Shown in pieces: positions 11,844 to 19,594 of a stretch of DNA of 20,000 bases. The translations under genes were made by a program, and so were the position numbers. Position 1 is the first letter of the stretch. Each line of letters opens with the position of its first letter. The stretch is from an uncultured virus (IMG/VR IMGVR_UViG_3300027832_000011). Taxonomy: Duplodnaviria > Heunggongvirae > Uroviricota > Caudoviricetes. The stretch is from IMG/VR virus record IMGVR_UViG_3300027832_000011, positions 56,018 through 76,017 of that record; one strand, given 5' to 3'. The notes under the pieces were generated by a model. It did not search any database and was not told the origin of the DNA. It worked only from the letters and a program-made list of their open reading frames with translations.

Positions 11844-12833
11844 TTAAAAATCACCATCTTCACTGTCAAAAGTGATAGACTTACTAGAATCAGTGTTGGT
11901 TACACCAGCTTTTTGGTATTCGCCAACTCTCTTCTCGAAGAAGTTGGTTTTCCCTGGTAGGTTAATCATATCCATAAATGGAAATGGGTTAGTAACGTTG
12001 AATTCCTTACCGCAATTTAATGAAACTAATAACCTATCACTAACAAATTCAATATATTGTGACATCATATCTGAATTCATACCAATTAACTTTACTGGTA
12101 ATGCATCTAATATGAACTCTTTTTCAATTTCAACAGCATCTCTAACTATTTCAATAATCCTTTCCTTTGGAACCTTATTAACCACATGATGATTATGTAA
12201 ATGAACCGCAAAATCAGTATGCATACCCTCATCACGAGAAATTAACTCATTGGAGAATGTTAGGCCTGGCATTAAACCACGTTTCTTTAACCAATAAATT
12301 GAACAAAAAGCACCTGAAAAGAAAATACCCTCCACAACAGCAAAGGCAATCAATCTTTCAGCAAAAGAATCCGATTCAATCCATTTTAAAGCCCAATCAG
12401 CCTTTTTCTTAACACAACTTAGTGTTTCTATCGCATTGAATAGTTTATGTCTCTCAGCCTCTTCTTTAACGTATGTATCGATAAGTAATGAATATGTTTC
12501 ACTGTGTATGTTCTCCATCATAATTTGGAAACCATAAAAGAACTTAGCTTCCGTGTATTGTACCTCACTAAGGAAGTTTTCAGCTAAATTTTCATTTACT
12601 ATACCATCAGATGCTGCGAAGAACGCTAAAATATGTTTAATGAAATGTTTCTCATTATCATTTAACTTTTCACTCCAATCCCTTAGGTCTTGTTGTAAAT
12701 CAATCTCCTCAGCAGTCCAAATACTAGCTTGCTGTTGTTTATAAAGTTTCCAAATGTCATCATGTTCAATTGGGAATAAAACGAATCTATTTTGATTTTC
12801 AGTTAGAATCGGTTCTTTTTTTAACTCACTCAT
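11844..12833 (-). CDS. nrdB: Ribonucleoside-diphosphate reductase class Ia, beta subunit
   Basis: [30 protein letters not shown] (iron ligands and radical Tyr), [28 protein letters not shown]. Confidence 0.98.
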   Translation of the reverse strand: MSELKKEPILTENQNRFVLFPIEHDDIWKLYKQQQASIWTAEEIDLQQDLRDWSEKLNDNEKHFIKHILAFFAASDGIVNENLAENFLSEVQYTEAKFFYGFQIMMENIHSETYSLLIDTYVKEEAERHKLFNAIETLSCVKKKADWALKWIESDSFAERLIAFAVVEGIFFSGAFCSIYWLKKRGLMPGLTFSNELISRDEGMHTDFAVHLHNHHVVNKVPKERIIEIVRDAVEIEKEFILDALPVKLIGMNSDMMSQYIEFVSDRLLVSLNCGKEFNVTNPFPFMDMINLPGKTNFFEKRVGEYQKAGVTNTDSSKSITFDSEDGDF

Positions 12834-12850
12834 TTTTTTTTCTTTTTTTT

Positions 12851-13315
12851 TTAACTTTCTTTAATTTTCTTACTAGCATCCATAATCAACTTAACCCTAT
12901 CTAAATCCCTAGAATTTTTATCAAAAGTATTTTGTAAGAACGTTTTAGATTCTTGCTCAACAATCTCAATTTGAACTCTTGAATTATCAAAAATGCAATC
13001 ACTCAACACAATACCATCCTTACCAAATCTAGATTTAAGTATTGCTAAATTAGCGTGACCACTATCTTTTTGCTCATTACTTCTAGCAACTGAAACTATG
13101 AAATGCCCAATTTGCGCTTTCTTAATCGAACCACCCATTTGGTCTGACTCAACAACCTCAGCTTTAATTGAACTATTATGCGTATAAATATCATTAGCGT
13201 AAAACATATGTGTATCATCTACTGTTATATCGATAGTGTCTTCATAACCAATTAACTCAATACTTTCAATCTCATCTAAATCAAAATCTTCTAAATTTAA
13301 TTTATGTTCTTCCAT
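12851..13315 (-). CDS. dnaB: Split-intein C-fragment (47 aa) fused to the C-terminal 107 aa of the DnaB/gp41-like helicase
   Basis: [21 protein letters not shown] is intein block F/G, followed by helicase motif H4-like [15 protein letters not shown] and LAILKSRFG (arginine finger region). Confidence 0.92.
   Translation of the reverse strand: MEEHKLNLEDFDLDEIESIELIGYEDTIDITVDDTHMFYANDIYTHNSSIKAEVVESDQMGGSIKKAQIGHFIVSVARSNEQKDSGHANLAILKSRFGKDGIVLSDCIFDNSRVQIEIVEQESKTFLQNTFDKNSRDLDRVKLIMDASKKIKES
13175..13315 (-). mobile_element. Split intein IntC half
   Basis: Own ATG, ends His-Asn followed by Ser+1; 15 Asp/Glu and 1 Lys in 47 aa. Confidence 0.92.
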
Positions 13316-13361
13316 ACATACTCTAACCCTTTATTATTAACCATTTTAAAACATTATTAAA

Positions 13362-15764
13362 TTATTTTTTAATTAGTAACTTAACACCAATACTTAAACC
13401 ACTTTCAATTGAACTCAAAACCCCATCTGATGTTGGGAAGAAATGTTTTTTACTCACTTTAATTTCCTTACCAGATTTTAATTTTATCTTATACACTGGT
13501 TGCTTTTGAATTGGGAAAATATGTGATACCATTTTGTAACCATCTTTAGTTAAAATTTTATCATTTAACACCACATCTTTTATCTCAATAGTACCTTTAC
13601 CCTCAATATCCACCTTAGTGTCAAGTGCAACACAACGATTACCTTGTACTGCTGTCCATCCAGCCATATCAAACTCATTTAACATGGTTTCAAATTCTCT
13701 CATTACTCTACCTTCACCAACATTAGTATCATCTACTTTTCTTGATGGTTCAACACAGTCGATATAGTCAATTAAAATCATGTCTGGTCTAAAACCGTTA
13801 GCTATTAATTTCCTAACCATTAGTTTTATCTTAGCTATCGTGATATTATCACTATTCATTTTTAACAACCTAAGTTCACCACCAGCTTCTAAATTACTAA
13901 TAACGGTTTTCTTTACTAATTCTTTATGATTAGATAACTCATTTAACTCTATATTGGTCCAACAAGCGTAGTGTTTACGTTGTATGACCTTCTCATTATC
14001 TTCAAAAAATATTTGTAAAACGTTAAAACCTTGATTTAGAGCACTGTTAGCTATCTTGGTAATCATAGTTGTGTTATGTGTAACAATAAAATCGTCAGTA
14101 ACGAATAGTTGTTCCACATTATCAACCATTATACAAGTGGCTTCTTCTTTATGTGAATATTCAATCGATTTGATAAATTTACCGCTATTATAAATACCCC
14201 CAGTAATGAGAAGTTCATTTTTTCTAGCTAATTTAAATGGTTTTATTTTATTTTCACTTGGGAATGATATGATTAATACATAAGCTTCCCAACCAACCTT
14301 CTTAACACCATCGTAACTGTAGTTAGGTGTTCCGATAGATAATTCACAAAAACCACCTAAAGATAATACTAACCATTTAACATCATCAATTAATTTTTTT
14401 GAAACGCTAACGTACTCGATACTACCATTTTTATTCACATTACCATCAGCATCTAACAAACCTCTAAGTATTTCTAACCTATTAGTTTTTGAATTATGAA
14501 GATAACTAATAGGTATGAATTTATTATTAGATTTTTTATTATATAAACTTAACGATTTTAATTTATCGGTAATACCATGAATAGAAACATGAGATAAACA
14601 TTCTTTAACTAAGACATCATCTTTATCAATATCTAAACATTTTTCCTTTATGGATATAACACCACACATTAACCTACTAACCTCATTAACAACTTCTAAA
14701 TCCTTACTAGTAAACGTAGACGACTTCATATTACCATCACGTAGCATTACACCTAAAACATATGGGTCAATTGGTAATTCTTGTTCGTTAAACTCAATTG
14801 GTTCAACCATTGGGATTTTAAAATTCAAATCTTTTCCAGTCCCGAAAGTTAAATTATTGATTAGTTCAGAAGTTTTAACTACTTTAAATGAGTTATCAAC
14901 TTTACAAGATGAGTGATTACGTTGGTCATTAGAATTGACCGCCCATAAATGTTCCTCATCACAAAAAGTACTGGTAGTATCATTAAAAGTAATTTTGAAT
15001 ATTGGTCGAATACCTTGTGGGTAGACACCAATAACATTTGTCTCCTTACCATTTCTACCAAATACTTTATCACCAACATTAATAGACCCCATTAACTTAA
15101 ACCCTTCTGGTGTGTAAATTTTATTTGAATTAGGTAAAGCTTTACCAACACCAAAAGGAGCTAATATAATCCCTAGTTCAGTTTTAGCTAAACCACCATT
15201 CATGTATTCATCAAAACCTTTAATACCAGTCGCTATTGGGTTTCTAAAGTCGTCAGCTAGAACGCCATCAATATCATTATCTAATTGAATACTAAAATCT
15301 TTATTTTCCCCAACTGAAAGTGCTTTCTTTAGTATAACCTCACACTCATCATACTCCTCATAATCACCTCTTTCTAGTATTACGTTTATTTCAGAAACAG
15401 ATTTTTTCAAAGCTTGCTGCTTACAGAATTTCATAGCTATTTCTTGAACCTTGAAGCTATCATTATAGTTAACATCTTTGATTTTATTTAACTGACCTAT
15501 TGCGAAGTCTCTCTGTATTGTATTACTTAATCTTTCTTTCAATCTAAACTCTAAACTTTCAAAGTCTGGTATAACTTGATGAGTATTATAAGCATTTTTA
15601 ATCTCAACAGCTATTAGTTTTAGGTATTCATCACCAAAAAAGTTAACATCTATAATGTCTAATATATCGTTAGCGAATTTTTTATCAGTTATTAGTTGAG
15701 CTATCAGCCTTAACTGATAGTCCTCACCTAAAAAACCTAGATTATCTTTTTCTACTCTAGACAT
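13362..15764 (-). CDS. dnaB: DnaB/gp41-like replicative helicase, N-terminal part, containing a class 3 intein and ending in a split-intein N-fragment
   Basis: IATGIKGFDEYMNGGLAKTELGIILAPFGVGK|T Walker A (interrupted), QIFFED (H1a), MILIDYID (H2), WTAVQGNR (H3), then the Cys-initiated IntN. Confidence 0.95.
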   Translation of the reverse strand: MSRVEKDNLGFLGEDYQLRLIAQLITDKKFANDILDIIDVNFFGDEYLKLIAVEIKNAYNTHQVIPDFESLEFRLKERLSNTIQRDFAIGQLNKIKDVNYNDSFKVQEIAMKFCKQQALKKSVSEINVILERGDYEEYDECEVILKKALSVGENKDFSIQLDNDIDGVLADDFRNPIATGIKGFDEYMNGGLAKTELGIILAPFGVGKALPNSNKIYTPEGFKLMGSINVGDKVFGRNGKETNVIGVYPQGIRPIFKITFNDTTSTFCDEEHLWAVNSNDQRNHSSCKVDNSFKVVKTSELINNLTFGTGKDLNFKIPMVEPIEFNEQELPIDPYVLGVMLRDGNMKSSTFTSKDLEVVNEVSRLMCGVISIKEKCLDIDKDDVLVKECLSHVSIHGITDKLKSLSLYNKKSNNKFIPISYLHNSKTNRLEILRGLLDADGNVNKNGSIEYVSVSKKLIDDVKWLVLSLGGFCELSIGTPNYSYDGVKKVGWEAYVLIISFPSENKIKPFKLARKNELLITGGIYNSGKFIKSIEYSHKEEATCIMVDNVEQLFVTDDFIVTHNTTMITKIANSALNQGFNVLQIFFEDNEKVIQRKHYACWTNIELNELSNHKELVKKTVISNLEAGGELRLLKMNSDNITIAKIKLMVRKLIANGFRPDMILIDYIDCVEPSRKVDDTNVGEGRVMREFETMLNEFDMAGWTAVQGNRCVALDTKVDIEGKGTIEIKDVVLNDKILTKDGYKMVSHIFPIQKQPVYKIKLKSGKEIKVSKKHFFPTSDGVLSSIESGLSIGVKLLIKK
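13365..13634 (-). mobile_element. Split intein IntN half (90 aa)
   Basis: CVALDTKV block A directly after QGNR; VYKIKLKSGKEIKVSKKHFF block B with His; ends SGLSIGVKLLIKK-stop with no block F/G. Confidence 0.92.
14073..15140 (-). mobile_element. Class 3 intein (356 aa) with LAGLIDADG homing-endonuclease domain, inserted in helicase Walker A
   Basis: Starts with Ala (GVGK|ALPNS) and ends VTHN|T. WCT triplet: block B HLW, block F ATCIMV, block G THN. Endonuclease motifs YVLGVMLRDG and LRGLLDADG, plus LIDDVKWLVLSLG. Confidence 0.93.
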
Positions 15765-15773
15765 ATGTTAATA

Positions 15774-16268
15774 TTAATTTACTGGTTGTTCGTTATACAC
15801 TTCACTAATTGCTGTGTATTCTTTCCTAGTCAAAAATTCTCTTATCTCACCAATAATATCAAAAATGATTTCTCTGATATTAACTTGGTATCTAACCCTT
15901 GGCGGGAATAAATTACCACTAAAGTTAGAGCTGGTTATTAATTTACCACCCATTCTCACTTCGAATTGGAAATTATCATCTATCTCAAGTATATCTTGGA
16001 TAAATATATCTTCCGTTTTTTGATGTATATGTGGGTTGTAATTATCCCATAAATAATCATCACTTTTACTTTTTAAGAATTTAGGTATAATACCTAACCT
16101 ACCTAAATCGTTGTTAACACCAGAAATCTCATTCATCATTTCTTTTAACTCATAAGAACCTAAGGAGTCCGCATTAAAACCATAGACATCAAAACTTCTT
16201 TGACATACAATGTTTTTATTAATAAACAACGAAAACTCAAATAACGGCTTTTCAACATTTTTTCTCAT
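15774..16268 (-). CDS. Hypothetical protein (~164 aa) between the exonuclease and the helicase
   Basis: ORF track 15774..16307. Likely start MRKNVEK at 16268, just after the exonuclease stop at 16273. No motif recognised. Confidence 0.75.
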   Translation of the reverse strand: MRKNVEKPLFEFSLFINKNIVCQRSFDVYGFNADSLGSYELKEMMNEISGVNNDLGRLGIIPKFLKSKSDDYLWDNYNPHIHQKTEDIFIQDILEIDDNFQFEVRMGGKLITSSNFSGNLFPPRVRYQVNIREIIFDIIGEIREFLTRKEYTAISEVYNEQPVN

Positions 16269-16272
16269 AACA

Positions 16273-17322
16273 CTAATTTTTGTTAAACATTTTTTTTTCT
16301 CTCTCAATCAATCTATTAAATGGTATTAAGTATTCTGAAACATCAGAAAATTTCTTATCAATACCATCTCTTCTCATTAAATTAATAACGTTCTTAACAC
16401 CCCTGTTTTGTGGGTCAATAACACCATTTTTTAATATTTCTAATTTATTAATACCACTCAAAGTAATTTGAGGCGTGGTTAAATCAACTAGAAGTTTATT
16501 AATTTTATAAATATCCTTTCCTTGTATCCCATCTGTAACGCTATTGATTAAATTATCAAATACTTTTAATGGTTTCTTTTTCTCCACTAATCTTTGATTC
16601 TGTAATTTTTTAGCATCATTAATAATCTCAACTAAGGTGCAACTTCTTTCAGCTATAAACGGAAAGTACTTTAAAAGTGAAGGTTCTTTAACTCCTTTGA
16701 TACCTTTAATATTATCACTATTATCACCACTGATGATTTTAACTAAAGCTGAATTTGTATGGTGATGTTTAAAAAACTCATTATAATTACAAACTGAGAC
16801 ATATCTTTTCTTATCACATAAATAAATCGTAATATCAGTATCTATTAATTGACATAAATCTCTATCATTAGTGCATATAGTTATTTTCTCATTTAATCCT
16901 TTAGTTTTACAAAAATACGAAATAAAATCATCACTTTCAACTATTTCATCCTCTAATTGTCTAATAAATAATTCTTCTAGGTACTCTTGAACTATCAAAC
17001 GTTGTAATATTTGGTCCTTATCATCTGGTATTGTACCATTTATATAATCTTTATTCCGATTACCTTTGTAATCGGAATAAAGATTATATCTTAATTTACC
17101 ACTAAATTTACCATCCCAAAAGACGAAAACTCTATCATAATACTTCTCATCGATTAACTTTCTCATGATGACCACAAATTGGTAAATACCCCCTATAGTC
17201 CTCCCATCATCGTTATAATCGTTTATAGCACCATGATAACCCGTTTTAAACAGAGCGTTACCATCTATTAGTAATGTTTTAATTTCTTTCCCAAGATTAT
17301 CTTTTCTAGGTGCTCTTCTCAT
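16273..17322 (-). CDS. 5'-3' exonuclease / flap endonuclease (PolA N-terminal / T4 RNase H-like)
   Basis: LLIDGN, VFWDG, YKGNR, ESDD, TNDRDLCQL, GDNSDNIKGIKGV (H3TH) motifs. Confidence 0.93.
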   Translation of the reverse strand: MRRAPRKDNLGKEIKTLLIDGNALFKTGYHGAINDYNDDGRTIGGIYQFVVIMRKLIDEKYYDRVFVFWDGKFSGKLRYNLYSDYKGNRNKDYINGTIPDDKDQILQRLIVQEYLEELFIRQLEDEIVESDDFISYFCKTKGLNEKITICTNDRDLCQLIDTDITIYLCDKKRYVSVCNYNEFFKHHHTNSALVKIISGDNSDNIKGIKGVKEPSLLKYFPFIAERSCTLVEIINDAKKLQNQRLVEKKKPLKVFDNLINSVTDGIQGKDIYKINKLLVDLTTPQITLSGINKLEILKNGVIDPQNRGVKNVINLMRRDGIDKKFSDVSEYLIPFNRLIEREKKMFNKN

Positions 17323-17327
17323 ATATT

Positions 17328-18434
17328 CTATTCTATAATATCATCACCTTCAAGTTGACCGTCCTCACTTAAATACTCAATCACTGTATCGTAATCAACA
17401 TTTAAAGCGTCATGAATGAATTGTCTATGTTCTTTCTTATACTCATCCAATTCATTTGGGTTAATATAACCATGTGGTGTGGAAGCTATCGTACCATTTC
17501 TCTCAATACCAGTAACATGATTTTTCTCACATCTAATTTTAGCTTCAGTTCCATATTGGAAATCTTGATTTAAAGCTTTAGCTGTTAGTTTTTTAGTACC
17601 ATGTGTTAATATACCACCAACATGGACTATAATCCTAGAATTGAAGAACATAAACTCACCACCTTTGTGTTTAATCACAGTACCATTCATATTATCTAAC
17701 CATATTTTCTGAACGCAAATCATTGTATTGATATATAAACTATCTACTGCTCTACTAGATGGTATTTTAAAGTTGACAATAGCTTGGAAGGCACCCATTG
17801 CACCAGCATTCCACATATTATTACTAGAATTAGAACAAGCTGATTTGTAGCAATTTAATGTACCAATTGAATCCCAAAGGAATACAATGTTTTTTCTTAT
17901 TAAACCATCTTCTTGTTTTTGAATCATTTCACTAATAAAAAGTGAAACATCCTCAATAACTGGCTCACCTCTAGTTGGTTTGGTCATCATCTTACTATCT
18001 TGATGATTGTAACATTTATACTTATCGTAAATATCCTTACTTCTCATAAGAATAAAACCATCTGGTTTTTCAGTTATCTCACCAGTTTTGGCATCAACAA
18101 ATTCTTTGAATTTAACACCTATTTTCTTAGCATGGTCAACATTCCAATTACCTTCGGTTTCAATTACTATTGCAAGGTCACCAATTTTTTGAGTACCTGC
18201 GATAGCCTCATAAAAAGCGGTTGATTTACCAGTATTTGAGTAGCCTCTTACAAGACTAACGAATCCTCTTGGGAAACCTGGTAGTTTAATCGCATCATGC
18301 CAAGCTTTAGATAGTGGAACCCAAGATAATTCTTTATCTTGTGATACAGTTACTATATTTTCAGACTCTAAGAATGCATCTAAATCGAAATCATTTTTAT
18401 CTATAACATTAGTTTTTTTCGGTGCTTTACCCAT
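17328..18434 (-). CDS. recA: RecA/UvsX-like recombinase
   Basis: Walker A GYSNTGKST, IETEG catalytic Glu, Walker B VFLWDSIG, KGG loop, KIRCEKNHV. Confidence 0.85.
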   Translation of the reverse strand: MGKAPKKTNVIDKNDFDLDAFLESENIVTVSQDKELSWVPLSKAWHDAIKLPGFPRGFVSLVRGYSNTGKSTAFYEAIAGTQKIGDLAIVIETEGNWNVDHAKKIGVKFKEFVDAKTGEITEKPDGFILMRSKDIYDKYKCYNHQDSKMMTKPTRGEPVIEDVSLFISEMIQKQEDGLIRKNIVFLWDSIGTLNCYKSACSNSSNNMWNAGAMGAFQAIVNFKIPSSRAVDSLYINTMICVQKIWLDNMNGTVIKHKGGEFMFFNSRIIVHVGGILTHGTKKLTAKALNQDFQYGTEAKIRCEKNHVTGIERNGTIASTPHGYINPNELDEYKKEHRQFIHDALNVDYDTVIEYLSEDGQLEGDDIIE

Positions 18435-18478
18435 TTTATATTTATATTTAAACTTATTATTTTTAAAATTTTAAGATA

Positions 18479-18514
18479 AAATAAGGTAAAACCATATATG
18501 GTTTTACCTTATTT
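18479..18514. repeat. Perfect 36-bp palindrome between ssb and recA (possible terminator or processing hairpin)
   Basis: aaataaggtaaaaccata|tatggttttaccttattt, 18 nt after the ssb stop; extends a few more bases with one bulge. Confidence 0.85.
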
Positions 18515-18532
18515 ATCATTAAATTACTTACC

Positions 18533-19402
18533 TTAAAACGGTAAATCATCTGGTGAGTCATTACTAGATGAACTAGATGAACTAGATGTGTTATTAGTTG
18601 CAAAACTTTCTTTAGTAATCGTTAAACCACTACCATAATCAGCGTCAGATAAATCGTTACCTTCTTTGATATTTTTCTTATCAACATATTTCTTAGCGTC
18701 TTTATCATAAAATGGAATACCACCAGACACTATTATAAATAAATAATCATAAGATTTAACTGCGTAGATATCTTCCCAAGTTCTTTCGTCTGATAAAAAA
18801 GTTTTAGATAACTCTGGGTTAGTTGATAAAGGTGAAATGTCTTTGTGTATAATTGACGAAACGAATGGCTTTTTCAATTGGTCTCTTGAGATGTTAACTG
18901 ATAAATCTCTACCAACTTCAGGGTGCATTATTTCCCCAACACCAGACTTAAGTAAATCTACAATTTTGTCGAAAACACCAGTTTTTCTAAAGTCATGGTT
19001 AAATCTCCAGAACTTAGGACCTTCCTCCTCAAATTCTCTATCGATTAATTTAACTATGTACATCTTTCTAGCGTTGTATTTTTTAGCTAACTCCTTGTCG
19101 CTTTCTTTACCAGATGCTAATAAAAGTTCCCTAGCTTCGCAAAATGGACAAGGTTCATTTTTTTGGTGTTTTGGACACATAAATTTTCTCCATGCCCCAT
19201 CAACTTGAATAGAATGTCCGTAAACTTCTACGAACGGTGATGAGCCATCTGCCATAGGTAAAATTCTAATCGTTTTAGTTTTTGAATTTTGACCATCAGG
19301 TAAATAAGTTGTGAAATAATCTTTTAAATCTGTAACTTTTCTCCCACTTGATGGTCTCTCGTTTTTTTCGTACTGTGCTAATATAGCATCTAATGAACTC
19401 AT
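18533..19402 (-). CDS. Single-stranded DNA-binding protein, T4 gp32-like
   Basis: IRILP...SPFVEVYGH, putative Zn site CPKH...CPFCE, GRDL motif, Ser-rich linker and acidic DDLPF tail. Confidence 0.85.
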   Translation of the reverse strand: MSSLDAILAQYEKNERPSSGRKVTDLKDYFTTYLPDGQNSKTKTIRILPMADGSSPFVEVYGHSIQVDGAWRKFMCPKHQKNEPCPFCEARELLLASGKESDKELAKKYNARKMYIVKLIDREFEEEGPKFWRFNHDFRKTGVFDKIVDLLKSGVGEIMHPEVGRDLSVNISRDQLKKPFVSSIIHKDISPLSTNPELSKTFLSDERTWEDIYAVKSYDYLFIIVSGGIPFYDKDAKKYVDKKNIKEGNDLSDADYGSGLTITKESFATNNTSSSSSSSSNDSPDDLPF

Positions 19403-19489
19403 AATGATAATTTTATTTTATTTTATTTATTTATTTATTAAAATATACTTTAAAAGTTTTAAAAGTAAAGTGTTTATTCTAATACTTAA

Positions 19490-19520
19490 CAAATATACCA
19501 ACTTTTATTTTAAATCACAA
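19490..19520 (-). promoter_or_regulatory. Bacteroidota-type housekeeping promoter (-33 TTG / -7 TAnnTTTG) upstream of ssb
   Basis: Minus strand reads TTG-tgatttaaaataaaagttgg(20 nt)-TATATTTG, just downstream of a terminator and about 90 nt before the ssb ATG. Confidence 0.7.
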
Positions 19521-19537
19521 GTTAATGAAATAAGATA

Positions 19538-19569
19538 TAAAAAAAACCGCTATTTAGCGGTTTTTTTTA
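19538..19569. terminator. Bidirectional intrinsic terminator
   Basis: taaaaaaaaccgcta-tt-tagcggtttttttta: GC-rich stem with A8/T8 flanks, 25 nt after the stop of the upstream ORF. Confidence 0.85.
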
Positions 19570-19594
19570 ATATATGTAGTATTTTTTTTACTTA

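Noticed and set aside
9387..12833. Inteins or introns in nrdA/nrdB
   Set aside because: Both are of normal length with continuous motifs.
9387..12833. Eukaryotic or NCLDV origin suggested by the eukaryote-like RNR
   Set aside because: Baseplate genes, gp32/gp41-like genes, overlapping operonic genes and intrinsic terminators indicate a tailed bacteriophage.
13316..13364. Pseudogene, frameshift or stop-codon readthrough in the helicase
   Set aside because: The break falls at the canonical split-intein position, the halves are out of frame, IntC has its own ATG, and all splicing residues are intact.
14879..15079. Short nested minus-strand ORFs (also 2605..2793)
   Set aside because: Alternate frames inside larger genes with no supporting features.
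18563..18588. 9-nt tandem repeat (ctagatgaa) in ssb
   Set aside because: Simply encodes the poly-Ser linker before the acidic tail.
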